DNA of 64,000 nucleotides, taken from assembly GCA_040285855.1 (NCBI GenBank), contig JAUFOQ010000002.1, positions 1,860,001-1,924,000 of the forward strand, given 5' to 3'. The position numbers and the translations under genes are program-made. Of the stretch, positions 13,606-25,246 are shown in pieces. Source of the stretch: Eukaryota sp. GEM-RC1. Taxonomy: Eukaryota. Within the stretch, counting starts at the first letter, position 1, and each line of letters opens with the position of its first letter. The notes under the pieces were generated by a model, which saw nothing but the letters and a program-made list of their open reading frames with translations, was not told the origin of the DNA and did not search any database.

Positions 13606-13689
13606 TGTTGTACAGAAATGAATGACTTATCCATTTCAGATCTACTGCATGTAGAATTATCCTATTAGTTACTGTTTGAATATGTGTAA

Positions 13690-14150
13690 GACCAATGGTT
13701 TTCATGGAAAAATTGAACCTGTACTTGATAATCTTTCTGTTTAGCCAACTGATGACAGAAGTCATGGTGATTTCATTGGTAGTTGGTTATCTTGTCAAGA
13801 AATAATCATGGATATCACAATTGTTGATGCTTGTAATTTAAGGACAATTTTGAAAAAAATTGACGAAGACTTTTCTACTGGAGTCGCTGAAAAGGCAAAA
13901 ATACATATTATGGTGATGTATTTAAACATTTGAATGTTGGTACAAGTACAATTCTTTTGACTATCCACCATTTGCGGTGTTGTTTTAGGGTAAATATTGG
14001 AGCAGCTGCGCACGGTTTTTTTATTTCTTTTGGACATTGTCAGTGACTGTGATTATGAATGAAATTAATTTGGCTTTTCAGTCGATCAAATTTTCAATTG
14101 ACGTAATCTGTTTGTCTTTACTTACACTTGGGCCATCAAGGTCAAAGTAA
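13690..14150 (+). pseudogene. Remnant of a non-LTR retroelement RLE domain
   Basis: Translates in pieces to NGFHGKIEPVL...HGDFIGSW...IIMDITIVDAC...VAEKAK...PFAV...IGAAAHGF. This resembles the end of the 2020-3760 relic. Confidence 0.6.
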
Positions 14151-14364
14151 CTGTTTCATGAACCGATCAACTTCCCTACTGAAAATAATTCTACAAACTA
14201 ATAAAACAGAATTTATTTATAAATATTGAATTCAATACTGTTTGAAAAACAATAAACATCATGATAGACTTTAAAAAAAAACATAATGTAGGGAGTTACA
14301 AGTGCTAGAAGAAAAAGATGAAATATTCATTAAATTAAATGTTCCTGAACCAGATCATACACCA

Positions 14365-15096
14365 TCAGCATGCAGCTTCATCCATATAAACAATATAATT
14401 GAAATGTCCCTTCAAAAAAGTGGAAGGATTATTGCTATTAGGTTCCTCTGTCTTAAATCGCTCCATAATCTCCTTCTTGGACGTTCCAGTGGCCATCATA
14501 ATGATCTGACGACTTTCTAGAATGGTACCCAAGCCCATGGTAACAGCGTGAGTAGGGACTTCTTCAGGTTCAAAGGAAGGTTTAGCATCAACTCTAGTGA
14601 TTTCGTGTAACTGGACACGTCGTGTTCTTGAATTCTCGAGACTTCCAGGTTCATTGAAGCCCAGATGTCCAGTACGACCAATACCAAGAAGAGTTAAATC
14701 AAGACCTCCAAGATCTTGCATTTTTTGTTCGTATTGGCGAGCAAATTCAGCAGCTTTGGTATCGTCATCAAATCCTTCAGGGATGTTTATGTTGTTTTTA
14801 GGGATCGGAATATGATTGAAGAGGTTTTGAGCCATAAAGTAATGGTAACTTTCAGGATGATCATGACTTAAGCCACAATACTCATCAAGGTTGAAGGTAT
14901 AGACATGATTTAAGTCAAAGTTTTCCTCTTTGTGACGACGGATGATTTCCTTGTAGACAGGAATGGGGGTAGAGCCAGTGGGAAGACACAGGACGCAGTT
15001 TTCACCAGCAGCTTTCTTTTGGATAATGAGATTGATCACTTGAGCAGCTACTTGCTGTGCTAGTTCCTGTTTATCCTTACACACTTTAATTGTCAT
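14365..15096 (-). CDS. nagB: Glucosamine-6-phosphate deaminase
   Basis: LPTGSTP, FNLDEY, HPESYHYFM, GIGRTGHLGFNEPGS and AVTMGLGTI motifs. Confidence 0.97.
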   Translation of the reverse strand: MTIKVCKDKQELAQQVAAQVINLIIQKKAAGENCVLCLPTGSTPIPVYKEIIRRHKEENFDLNHVYTFNLDEYCGLSHDHPESYHYFMAQNLFNHIPIPKNNINIPEGFDDDTKAAEFARQYEQKMQDLGGLDLTLLGIGRTGHLGFNEPGSLENSRTRRVQLHEITRVDAKPSFEPEEVPTHAVTMGLGTILESRQIIMMATGTSKKEIMERFKTEEPNSNNPSTFLKGHFNYIVYMDEAAC

Positions 15097-15803
15097 AAGA
15101 AGTCAGAAATGAAAAGAAGAAATCAATAATACTAAAAAAAACGAAAATAATAATACTAAATGATAATACTAAACGAATTAATCTATTTTAATCAATTGTG
15201 TTGTGAATTTGGCAAGAAGCTGAGTATTAGTTTTTGGAGGGATCGTCTTGTGTTTTCTATACTTCGTTCAATGTTTCCAGTATATCGATGGAATTTTGAA
15301 GAAACTCTATGGGGTTCAAGACCATGGAATGGTATTGTGAATTTTGTTTACGTCTTTAGACTTTATGTATTTTAAAGACAACAGATTTTTTTATAGTATG
15401 GATCTCGAATCAGGATAAAAGAAAGAAACCAATAAACCAATCTCAGCACAGCTCTCACTCAATCTTTATTTTCAAAGCAGAGCTGTTGTAATTGTCCTCT
15501 GACTGTTTGAATAGTTAGTTTTGACGAAGTGGAAGTTCTTGTCGTAAAAGTGTTTACTGCATGTTCATATTCATGTGCAGACTACTTATGGATCTTGTGC
15601 AAGTGTGCATATCCTTCAATAACTGTTCCGTATCGATATATAGACTTGGAGCATTTTAGTTGGCCGCTTAGTACAGTAACATTAATTGTTCGTTCTCTGT
15701 TTGTACTTTCTGGAAATTGTCTTGGTTGATTTGTTTGCTAGTTATTCTAGGTTCATATTTAGCTTCTTATGTCGTAGACCATGTTCGTTTGATTAATAAA
15801 TAA

Positions 15804-16447
15804 CAGTGTTGCGCCATTGTTTGCCATACACGTATGAACTCCCATACGTCCATACGCCCATACGCGTATGGCATTTTCTGTTTTGCCATACACATTTTGA
15901 CTACATGTATCTTTATTTGAACTTTTTCGATGCAGATACTCTAAGACGGGTTTTATCATAATGTAGATACATATACTTTATTGAAAACCAAACCTCCACA
16001 TCGTCCATCTCATTGGAAAAATTAGCACCATCAGGATACCATCTCTGCTTCCATTGCTTGATGTCTTTGATCTGAGTTTCATTGATTTGTATAGAAACCA
16101 TCTTTTGTGCGCTCCTTTATAAGTCTGTTTTTGTTTTTATCTCACTATTTTTGTTCTATAAAGTAAAAAAACTTCAAAAAGTCTGTTTCATCGTTTGTTG
16201 TGAATGAATGAGTACGTACTCAAACTCATTCACACGATTCTACAGAGCGTACTTGTTTTACTAATTTGATGACAAATTGCAGTGTAGGAGATGGTATTTA
16301 AACATAATGAAGTTAAGTGATGTTGGAAAGATTCTGCATATGGATAGATATGGCATGATGGCCATTGTCAGCCATTCTGCCATTCTACCATACGCCCATA
16401 CGCCCATACGCGTATGGCAAATTTATTTTGGTTATGGCGTAACACTG
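15804..16447. mobile_element. hAT-type MITE, family A
   Basis: TIR CAGTGTT(G/A)CGCCAT. 8-bp TSD ATAAATAA at 15796-15803 and 16448-16455. Subterminal CCATACG repeats. Second copy at 48251-48890. Confidence 0.93.
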
Positions 16448-16508
16448 ATAAATAACCCATTCATCAAGAAAAAATATGTAGACTTTGTGGTAATTTTCGG
16501 TTACCAAA

Positions 16509-18810
16509 ATGCTTCATACCACAACCTTTTCAGACCTATTTAAGCTCTATGGAGATTCTCATATCATCTATCAGTATATAACAACGTCTAATCACGCCCT
16601 GTCAAATGTCTCTGCTTACTTTAATCATTTGTGTTTATCTCAAAACAACGAAACTTTCTTGAAGCTCTTCAGCCCGTCATCTCTCTCTACATCTCTTCCT
16701 CCCGATTTCTCTTCTGGATCCATACTCCTTAATCCTCTCAGTTTCACCTTGACCTCACCATCTCCTTTCATTCTCTGTCAATTCTTCTCATTCAATTCGA
16801 CTGTCTATTTCTTTGCTCTCAATCATGAACTTGATGCCATTTGTTGTGTTCTTGAAGATAATTGGAAGGTTCTTACTGTTGACACATCAGCAATTAAAAC
16901 ACAGTTTTCTAGCCATCTTAGTCACTTTCAACCTGTTACTGCTTACGTGGCAGGTGTTGGTCTTTCGAAGTCAGTAGTGAACATTGATCTGCTTCTTGTG
17001 ATTAAGTCTAAGTTTGGTGGTAAAGTTCTTTCTTTTTCTGGATCGTTGTTACCGACGGAATCAATCAATTTTGATGGATCAATAGATCGTGAACTCACAA
17101 TAGACTGTTTACTTGACACTTCCTCTGTTGACTTTCATTGTGTAAATTCTCAGAAAATTTCAAATATAAGCTCAAATGTGATTGGCCTATTGGAAGTACT
17201 TGAGAGTCAATCACGTTTCCTCTTTCTACTAACAACAAACTCCGTACTAGAACTTTCTTCGTTACAAAATTCAATCTATGTCAGAAATTCCCTAATTCTT
17301 AAAGATCAAAAGATAACTCTTCTGACCTTTAATGATGTCTGCTTCACCCGTACTTTTTACAACCCACTTACTTGTCATGTCTTCTCAAACACAATACCTA
17401 CTCCCAAGGCATTATCCCACCACAACTCCTCCAAACCTTCTTCTTTCTTCACTCTCCTCCCCTTCTCAGATTTGGTCTTTTTGACAATTCTACTGAGATT
17501 GAAGTCTATTTGTTAGGTATTGACAAGCCTGTTAGTGTTATGAAAAATGATTATGATGATGTGTTTTTAATGACTGTTGGTGCTTTGTTCGTGTATTCTA
17601 AGGAAAAGGGACTTTCTGCAATGAAAATTTCAAATATTAATAAGTTTTTTGAACATCAGTGCTCTCAGCTGGATTTAGATCGCTCATCAAAATCATTCGA
17701 CGGTCAATCCAAATTGATTGCCTATATGAGATTGGGGCTTTTAGCTGTAGATTTGGGTGAATCTAGCTTTGTTCAGAAGATTTCAATATCAGCACTGCAA
17801 TTAATGAACGCCAATATTTCAAATATTTCAAATATTTGCTTTTCTGAATTGGACCTGTTCCAGTCTTTTTTCTCAAAAATCCTCTTAAAACTGTTCCCTG
17901 CAGATTTTCTATCTATGTACATATCCTTACCATCAGGAGTCAAATCATTTTTGATTGGACATACTTCTTTTCCTTCTCTCAATCAACAGTCAGAAACTAA
18001 ACCGATTGAAACTGAAGATCAACCTCCAAAATTTGATATTTCAAAACCTTATTCAATGTTACCATTCATCGAAGATCTACAGTACTCTCAACAGTTATTG
18101 AATTTTTTAAATATTGAAATTTCAGAATCAAGCAATATCAAAATTCCCTCAGAACTAATGAATTCCCTGGCTTTTGAAGAGAATCTTGGTATTCTAGATT
18201 CCCATTACTTTGGAAACTCCTCACCCTGTTTATATGAGTTAATCTGCAAGATCTTCTTTTACATTTCCCTTTAAAATTAGTCTATTTCACTAATTCCGTC
18301 CACTCCTTCTACCAAGACTTGCTCACAACTACTGATTCTCTTGATCACGTCACTTCCTCTCTCTCTTGGACTTGGAGCACCTCATGTGCTTGGGAAACTA
18401 AGTCTCCGATATACCGATGTGTTGCAGTGTTGGCATCGTTAATCAGCTCAAAAAGTTCACGTGATCAGCTCTGGTGTCACGCGAGTCTCTGTTTTTCTTC
18501 GTATTTGAAGCTTTACTCAGTTGGTGTTGAAACACTGTTGAGTGCTGGTGATTTTGATGGGATTATTGAGCTCTTGCCTATTTCGGAAATGACTAGTGAC
18601 GAGTCCATATGTATTGGAGCTCAAATTGCTGAATATATTAGTTCGCTAGAGGTTGTCAGTCCAGCAATTCTTAGCAGCTTTTTTAAAATTATTAAATTAT
18701 TAAATATTTCTGAAGGGAAAACATTTCTGTATGATTGCTTACTCAGAAAAATGTTTCAGTCGACCAACTTCAAGGAATTTCAATTTAAAATATTAAATTC
18801 ATTAAAGTAA
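16509..18810 (+). CDS. Hypothetical protein split over three ORFs
   Basis: Overlapping or abutting same-strand ORFs 16509-17516, 17372-18274 and 18319-18810. Confidence 0.55.
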
Positions 18811-18878
18811 GTTTTATTCCTTTTGGTCTTCTCATATGTACATCATCTACAACTACTACAATCACAAGTTGATTATCG

Positions 18879-19599
18879 TCATTTATAAGCAACATAAACT
18901 GTATGAAAAGATTCCAATGTCCACTGACTTTGATCATACCCACCATAAATTTCTATTCTACCGTAACCAGAACTCCTCAACCATCCTGCCACGTCATCCT
19001 TTTTACAGGGATACAGAGTCACAGAGTCTTGTTTCAGTATCTCCCCTTCAAGAGAAAGAGAAGTGGAGAAAGCAATAGAATCAGTTTTGTAAGAGTAGTG
19101 CCGGGAAAAAGACAGTTGTTTCCCTTCAAATGAACGTTGAATATCAGGAAGTTTGTCTGGTTTCTCAGCTAGGATTCTGTCATAATTAACTGTTGCAATG
19201 ACTAGACAGCTACCTGGATGAGTGACAATGTTGGTGTTTTTGATGAACTGATTTTGTTTGGATGATGGAACATGGGGAAGGGTATTACCAATGCAAATAA
19301 TGAGATCAAAAGTTCTGCCAGTGAATAGGGTGTCTATTTCTTCTAAAGAACCGAGACCAAGCTTGTAATCAGGAAGCAGAAGTGAACCCTGAACATGACG
19401 AATAAGGGCAGCGTCGTATTCTAACCCATATACATCAGCGTGTTCAGAAGCAAGAAATCGAAGCAAAGTTCCAGACCCAAAACCGACATCACAAATCTTT
19501 TTTATCACGAAAGTCTCCTACGATCGATCTTAGAAGAGACCTTTGGTGATCATTGATAGGGAAGATACATTCGAAATAGGGAATTAGTGAAGCGTACAT
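18879..19599 (-). CDS. Class I SAM-dependent methyltransferase, bacterial-like
   Basis: ICDVGFGSG, YGLEYD, FDLIICIGNTLPH and NYDRIL motifs. The N-terminus MYASLIPYFECIFP from ATG 19599 joins through a shift in a homopolymer at about 19500. Confidence 0.85.
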
Positions 19600-19782
19600 T
19601 GATTGCTACTAGTACAAGAAACCATGAGTAACTGGATATCTGGAAAAATCGACAATGATGCTCGTACAAATAGCTCAGTCAGCTGAGCCAACTCTCATAT
19701 CTAACAAACTTACTGTCATTTTTCAGTAAAACTAACACTATCTAATTATCGTTAATTGTTGTCAGTATACTGTATTTACTGT

Positions 19783-19929
19783 GAATTTCATTCCAAATGC
19801 ATAAGGGCATAACCCTTCACATTTTCATGATCTCATATAGAGCAAAACTCACAGTTTGAACAAATGTCTAAATTATTAGACAAATATCCTCATTCGCAAA
19901 GTCTTTTAAGACGAGCTAACTTCATAGAT
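19783..19929 (-). ncRNA. Candidate Fanzor omegaRNA scaffold
   Basis: Four hairpins lie just 3' of the stop codon, at 19901-19912, 19865-19882, 19840-19850 and 19803-19817. This is the position expected for TnpB/Fanzor omegaRNA. Confidence 0.55.
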
Positions 19930-22900
19930 TCAAGATTCCTGATCTTTCTGGTTTACGTGTGAGTCCTTGGGTACATCTTTCTTAGGCTTATTTGGACAAG
20001 TTGTTTTGTTATGTCCAGGTTGAAAACATATACCACACTTGTTAGGACCTCTGACAGTTGTTGGAGGACGTTTTGCTTTACCCTTACCCTTACTCACAGT
20101 CTTTTTCTTAGGAATCTGATCTGTATTCCCGCCATCCACGACAGGTTTTGTTTGAGATTTTGGTCTCTCGAGGATGGCAGGTCTACCTTGACCTTGAATG
20201 GTTCCATTTACAATATTGTAAATATTGATAGCAGAATTGAAGTCTCTATTCCAGAGGACATGACATTTAGCACATTCAACTAAGCCCCATGGTGAGACTT
20301 TGTTGTTCTTCAATCTTTCTTTCGAAAATGGCAACTGGTCAGTCCATTCTTCATCAAAGTTACGCTCCACAATATTGTCTAATTGATTGTGTTCCATAAT
20401 TTCCTTTTTTAATTCTTTCTCTTCCTTATGTAACTTCTTCTTCCAATGAGGATCAGTGACTTTTATCCTTTCAGGATTGGAGCAGATACCTTCGTTGTTT
20501 CTGGAAACACAAGCAGAGCAACATTTGCTGGTCTTAAATTCATCAACTAGGAACACTTTAAATCCAAATTTTCTCAATAATTTCCTAATTGAAGCACCTT
20601 TTACAGTAGATGCTTTACCTCTTCTTCGACGAAAAGCAGTGTCGTTCCAGTCTCCATACCCAACAACGACTTCATCTGGGTTTCCAAACTGGAGAGCAAA
20701 TCTGTGAAGCATGTTTTTCTCACTTCGTTCCTTTCTTGAATACTGTGTGAGACGATTCCTCCTAAACCACTTTTCTTCGTAAATTCCTTCTGTAGTTCTT
20801 TGATCAGTAGTGGGTGATCGTAGTAAAGAACAGGTAATTTCTTTACCAAGAACAAAAGCAGAATACAGAGTCAAATCACAAGATTTACTGCCTGGCGAGT
20901 TAGAGCCCCATTGATCTAAAATTTGTTGCCCATTTATGTCAATGCGTCTGCCATCTGGAATGTGAATAAATTGGGTAGAGTATTGTTGTAACCGTTCGGA
21001 TTCAGATAAACGGTGGAGATTGTATCGTCTTATTTTCTTCTCCAGCTTCCTCTTCTTTCTCTTAGCTCTTTTTCTTTCCTTCCTTGTTTTTTTCTTTTCC
21101 ATGGAGACTTTTTAATATCGGCATTGCGTTCCCCAGCAGTGTATCTGAATACTTTCCAATTATCACGATTTTTCAACTTGACAGTTGATGGTTTGTCAAT
21201 AGTAGGTGCGTCTTTCCAATCCTTCAATTCTTTTTTTAATTTTTTCAAGCTTCCTTTTTTCTTTGATGATTTTGGAGAAATCTTTCTTCTTCTGATTTTG
21301 GCTGATGTATCGAAACCTTCGATTTCCTTTTCCTCCTTAGATTTTAAAGAAGCACAATACATCAAATCATGCTGATTAGGATCAATCGCAACAATTCTTT
21401 TGGATTTCAAATTTAAGTTTTGAATTTCTGTGGAACTCAAAGAATCAATGTACCTTTCAGTAGCTGTGTAGTCAACAGCTTTCACCTTCTTATGAGGATT
21501 TCCTCTCCCATCAAGCAGATCTTTCCGCATCATCATTAAACTACAGCTAACTCCATCTGTAGAAATAGAACTGTATTTGAAGTCATGAGACAATGACTTT
21601 GGAAGAAACTTTGGTTTCAAAACTGAGTGCCAAATATCTTTTCGAACGTCATCAAAGCTACCTTTAATTTCTGATGCATGAACTTCTTTAAACCATGTAG
21701 TATCCAATCTGATATGATTAGGAATCAATGATTTTGTCAGAGGAAAAGGATTATTGGCAGTAACACCAGTACAAGAGTCCTCAACAAGACGTTTCAAATA
21801 CACTGCATGACTTAAGAATTTCAAAGGATCCACTTTTTCAGCATAATAGATTGTTTTTTCCATTTTACCTTCAAAAAAAGTAAACAAATAGTTAAAAAAT
21901 AGTAAACTCAGTCTAGAATTGGGATCAGGAAACACTTCAACATCTTGAAAATTAATTTTTGAAATTTCCCCATTAATGATCAACTGTCTGACTTCATTAA
22001 GCTTTGTACACAACTCTTGTCGTTGATTCTTATCACTAAGCTTGTTAAGTCTATCTTTTTCAGGGTAACCAAATTAAATACCTGAAAAACATATTCGTGA
22101 AAGTGTTCACTCATGTTAGTCTTGTAATTCGTTATAATTTCAGTAGCCATGTAATGCAATATACGAGATAAACGATGACTACTGGGAAACACAATCCTAT
22201 CAAGTCCAACGGAATCAGCAGCTAGTTCTAAACGAGGAATGTAATGCATCAAGAAATGTTGAGCAAACTGATTTTGAGTTGAGCCATCATTTGTGTTAGA
22301 AATTATGTTTGTTAACGATTCTTGTACAGTCCTAATATGATTCTGATTGTTTACAAGTTTGTAGTCCCTAATCGTCATCATAGACAACACTTGTTCCATT
22401 GATTTCAACGTAAAAAAATTCTTCCAGTCTGGCAATTCAATTTTGGAAGTTTGAATTTTAGTCCAAAGGTCAGGTTCAGGTTCACCACTCGCATCTTCAA
22501 TATTTTCTAATTTAACGGGAGGAGCAGTAGCATCGATAGACTCTGAATGTACATCTGTTTCTTCTTCAGTTGACTCATCTGTATCAGAATTCATTTCTTC
22601 CTTAACAGTTACATTTGGAACAGTAGCAGGCAGTAACTTCTGAATGTAACCTAAAATACCAGTATGTTGAAAATTATGAACAAAAAAATGTTTCAAAAAG
22701 AGAGTACTACGGACTCTTACTTGATGTGCTCTCTTAACACGAGATTCAATAAATTTAACCTTCGCTTTGGATACAACATTGTCTAGTCGTTTCTTAACCA
22801 CTTTCATTGGTGACTTTGAACGTAATGTTTGTTTTTTGGGATCCAATAGGTCAGCCAACAAGTATTCAATCAGAGGTAATTGTTGAATTGAGTTCATCAA

Positions 22901-25246
22901 CAATAGCGGTTTTGTCGATTCCTTGGCCCAAAGTTCATTTACTTTCTCCAAATTTCTTACAAATTTCTTTTTAATCTTATCGACCTTCACTTTAGGATTG
23001 TCTGGAACTAAAACATTAATACTGTCAATTATGCCATGCAAGTTTTGGACATTATTGACCAATTGAACTTCATCAGGATCAGAGTCATGATTAAGTTCTT
23101 CCAAGCGTTTGACAGTTTCATTTTTAGAAAAATTATTCATTTCAAGGAAAATGTGAACAACATTTTCCAAAAAACAACCACCAGTAAATACATAAAAATT
23201 CTTCAATACAGCATTCAAATCGAGGCTAAAAAAAGGACCAAAAGTTGTTTCCTTACACCATTTGTTGAACCAAAAGGGAATGTAGGGTTTAAATTCTGGA
23301 AAAGTAAACGTTGTATTGATTTTGAGGACTTGACAACGTGATACAAGAAAGGGAAATGTATCTAGAGTGAAAGTCATAACTCACAAACAATTGTGGACAA
23401 TGTTGAGTTATGAATGAAATGAAGTTTTTAAGCATACTGGATTCACTATCTGAAATATGTAAAGTACACAAATCCAAGTTTGAAGTATCAAAATTGCCAT
23501 GAGAAAATAAATGCTTTTCATTTAGCTCATTGTGATCAATGATCTGGATGGAAATTGATACAATCGGATCAACAGAAGAATCACGTTTAACTTCTAATTG
23601 ATCTTCAGCTTCACCTTCAACAGTTTCAATGTCATCATCATCTTCTTGAACAAGTTGAACATTTCTGCCATTAATTCTTTCTTTTTGGCAAAATCACTTT
23701 GAACATGAATTAAACAAAAAGTTGGTAGATTGTTCCAAAGTAGAGGGGATTTAAGAAAGTCTTGAATTTGTATTTCTTGTTCGATAGGCTCAGTGTGTAG
23801 ATTTACTTCCATATTAAGAATTTCTTCTTGAATTGGCGATGGATACGACATAATGGAGGCCTGTGATTTTGGTGGTAGTTCAGATGGAGGTAATTCAGAT
23901 GGTGATAGAGGTACTTCAGATGATTCCAATGTGGACATACGGCGGTGAGTCTTTCGTATTGGAGTGTCACCAGTTGAAACAAGGGAGCTGGTAGTTCTAA
24001 ATTTATTTTGTTGAATTAAAAGTGAACCTCGTGGTGATGGAATATCAGAAATTTTGGCTTTCCTTTTTTAGTGCTTAAACCAGTAGATGTTTTAGTGCTA
24101 GCAAGACGTGAACCTGTGAGAGGAATTGAAGTGGTTGGATGTTCTTTACCGGCAGGAGGTTGAATGGGTAACGATGGTACAATAGGAGCTACTGTGGTTT
24201 GACGTTGTTGTAGATAAAGTGTCCTTTGTTGAGACAAGACCTCCAGAATTTCTTCACGAAATATGTCTGCTTGAAAGAAAGAACTGTCCTTATCTAAACT
24301 CAACTGAGCCCGAAACCGTGCAATGGAGTCAGTCACAAGTTGAGTCAGATTAGGACAGAATGGCGGCATCATCGAAGCAACGGCAGTGGGGAAATCAACG
24401 GCAGTAGAGGGAGAAGCAACAGAAGTGGAGGCAGTGGAGGGAAAGAACTGTCCTTATCTAAACTCAACTGAGCCCGAAACCGTGCAATGGAGTCAGTCAC
24501 AAGTTGAGTCAGATTAGGACAGAATGGCGGCATCATCGAAGCAACGGCAGTGGGGAAATCAACGGCAGTAGAGGGAGAAGCAACAGAAGTGGAGGCAGTG
24601 GAGGGGAAAGAACTGTCCTTATCTAAACTCAACTGAGCCCGAAACCGTGCAATGGAGTCAGTCACAAGTTGAGTCAGATTAGGACAGAATGGCGGCATCA
24701 TCGAAGCAACGGCAGTGGGGAAATCAACGGCAGTAGAGGGAGAAGCAACAGAAGTGGAGGCAGTGGAGGGAAAGAACTGTCCTTATCTAAACTCAACTGA
24801 GCCCGAAACCGTGCAATGGAGTCAGTCACAAGTTGAGTCAGATTAGGACAGAATGGCGGCATCATCGAAGCAACGGCAGTGGGGAAATCAACGGCAGTAG
24901 AGGGAGAAGCAACAGAAGTGGAGGCAGTGGAGGGAAAGAACTGTCCTTATCTAAACTCAACTGAGCCCGAAACCGTGCAATGGAGTCAGTCACAAGTTGA
25001 GTCAGATTAGGACAGAATGGCGGCATCATCGAAGCAACGGCAGTGGGGAAATCAACGGCAGTAGAGGGAGAAGCAACAGAAGTGGAGGCAGTGGAGGGAA
25101 AGAACTGTCCTTATCTAAACTCAACTGAGCCCGAAACCGTGCAATGGAGTCAGTCACAAGTTGAGTCAGATTAGGACAGAATGGCGGCATCATCGAAATG
25201 TAGTTTTTTCGGATGTTTTCACTTCTTATTTTTGGACCCTTGCCAT
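19930..25246 (-). CDS. Fanzor RNA-guided endonuclease; about 1770 aa if the frameshifts are errors
   Basis: RuvC-I IVAIDPN (D at 21381-83), GYGDW, RuvC-II VDEFKTSKCCSAC (E at 20539-41), WGLVECAKC, RuvC-III WNRDFNSAINI (D at 20242-44). Upstream are FPLTKSLIPNHIRLDTT and STDGVSCS. The nuclease identity is strong; the full N-terminal extent is inferred. Confidence 0.9.
24277..25197. repeat. Tandem array of about 5.6 copies of a 164/165-bp unit
   Basis: TGGCGGCATCATCGAA recurs at 24361, 24525, 24690, 24854, 25018 and 25182. Units look identical apart from GGG versus GGGG. Confidence 0.97.

Noticed and set aside
15759..16543. Short ORFs with RVWAYGRM-type peptides (also at 48098-48890)
   Set aside because: They are chance frames across MITE subterminal repeats.
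24277..25197. CRISPR array next to a Cas12-like RuvC gene
   Set aside because: The units are identical end to end with no unique spacers, there are no cas genes, and the context is eukaryotic.
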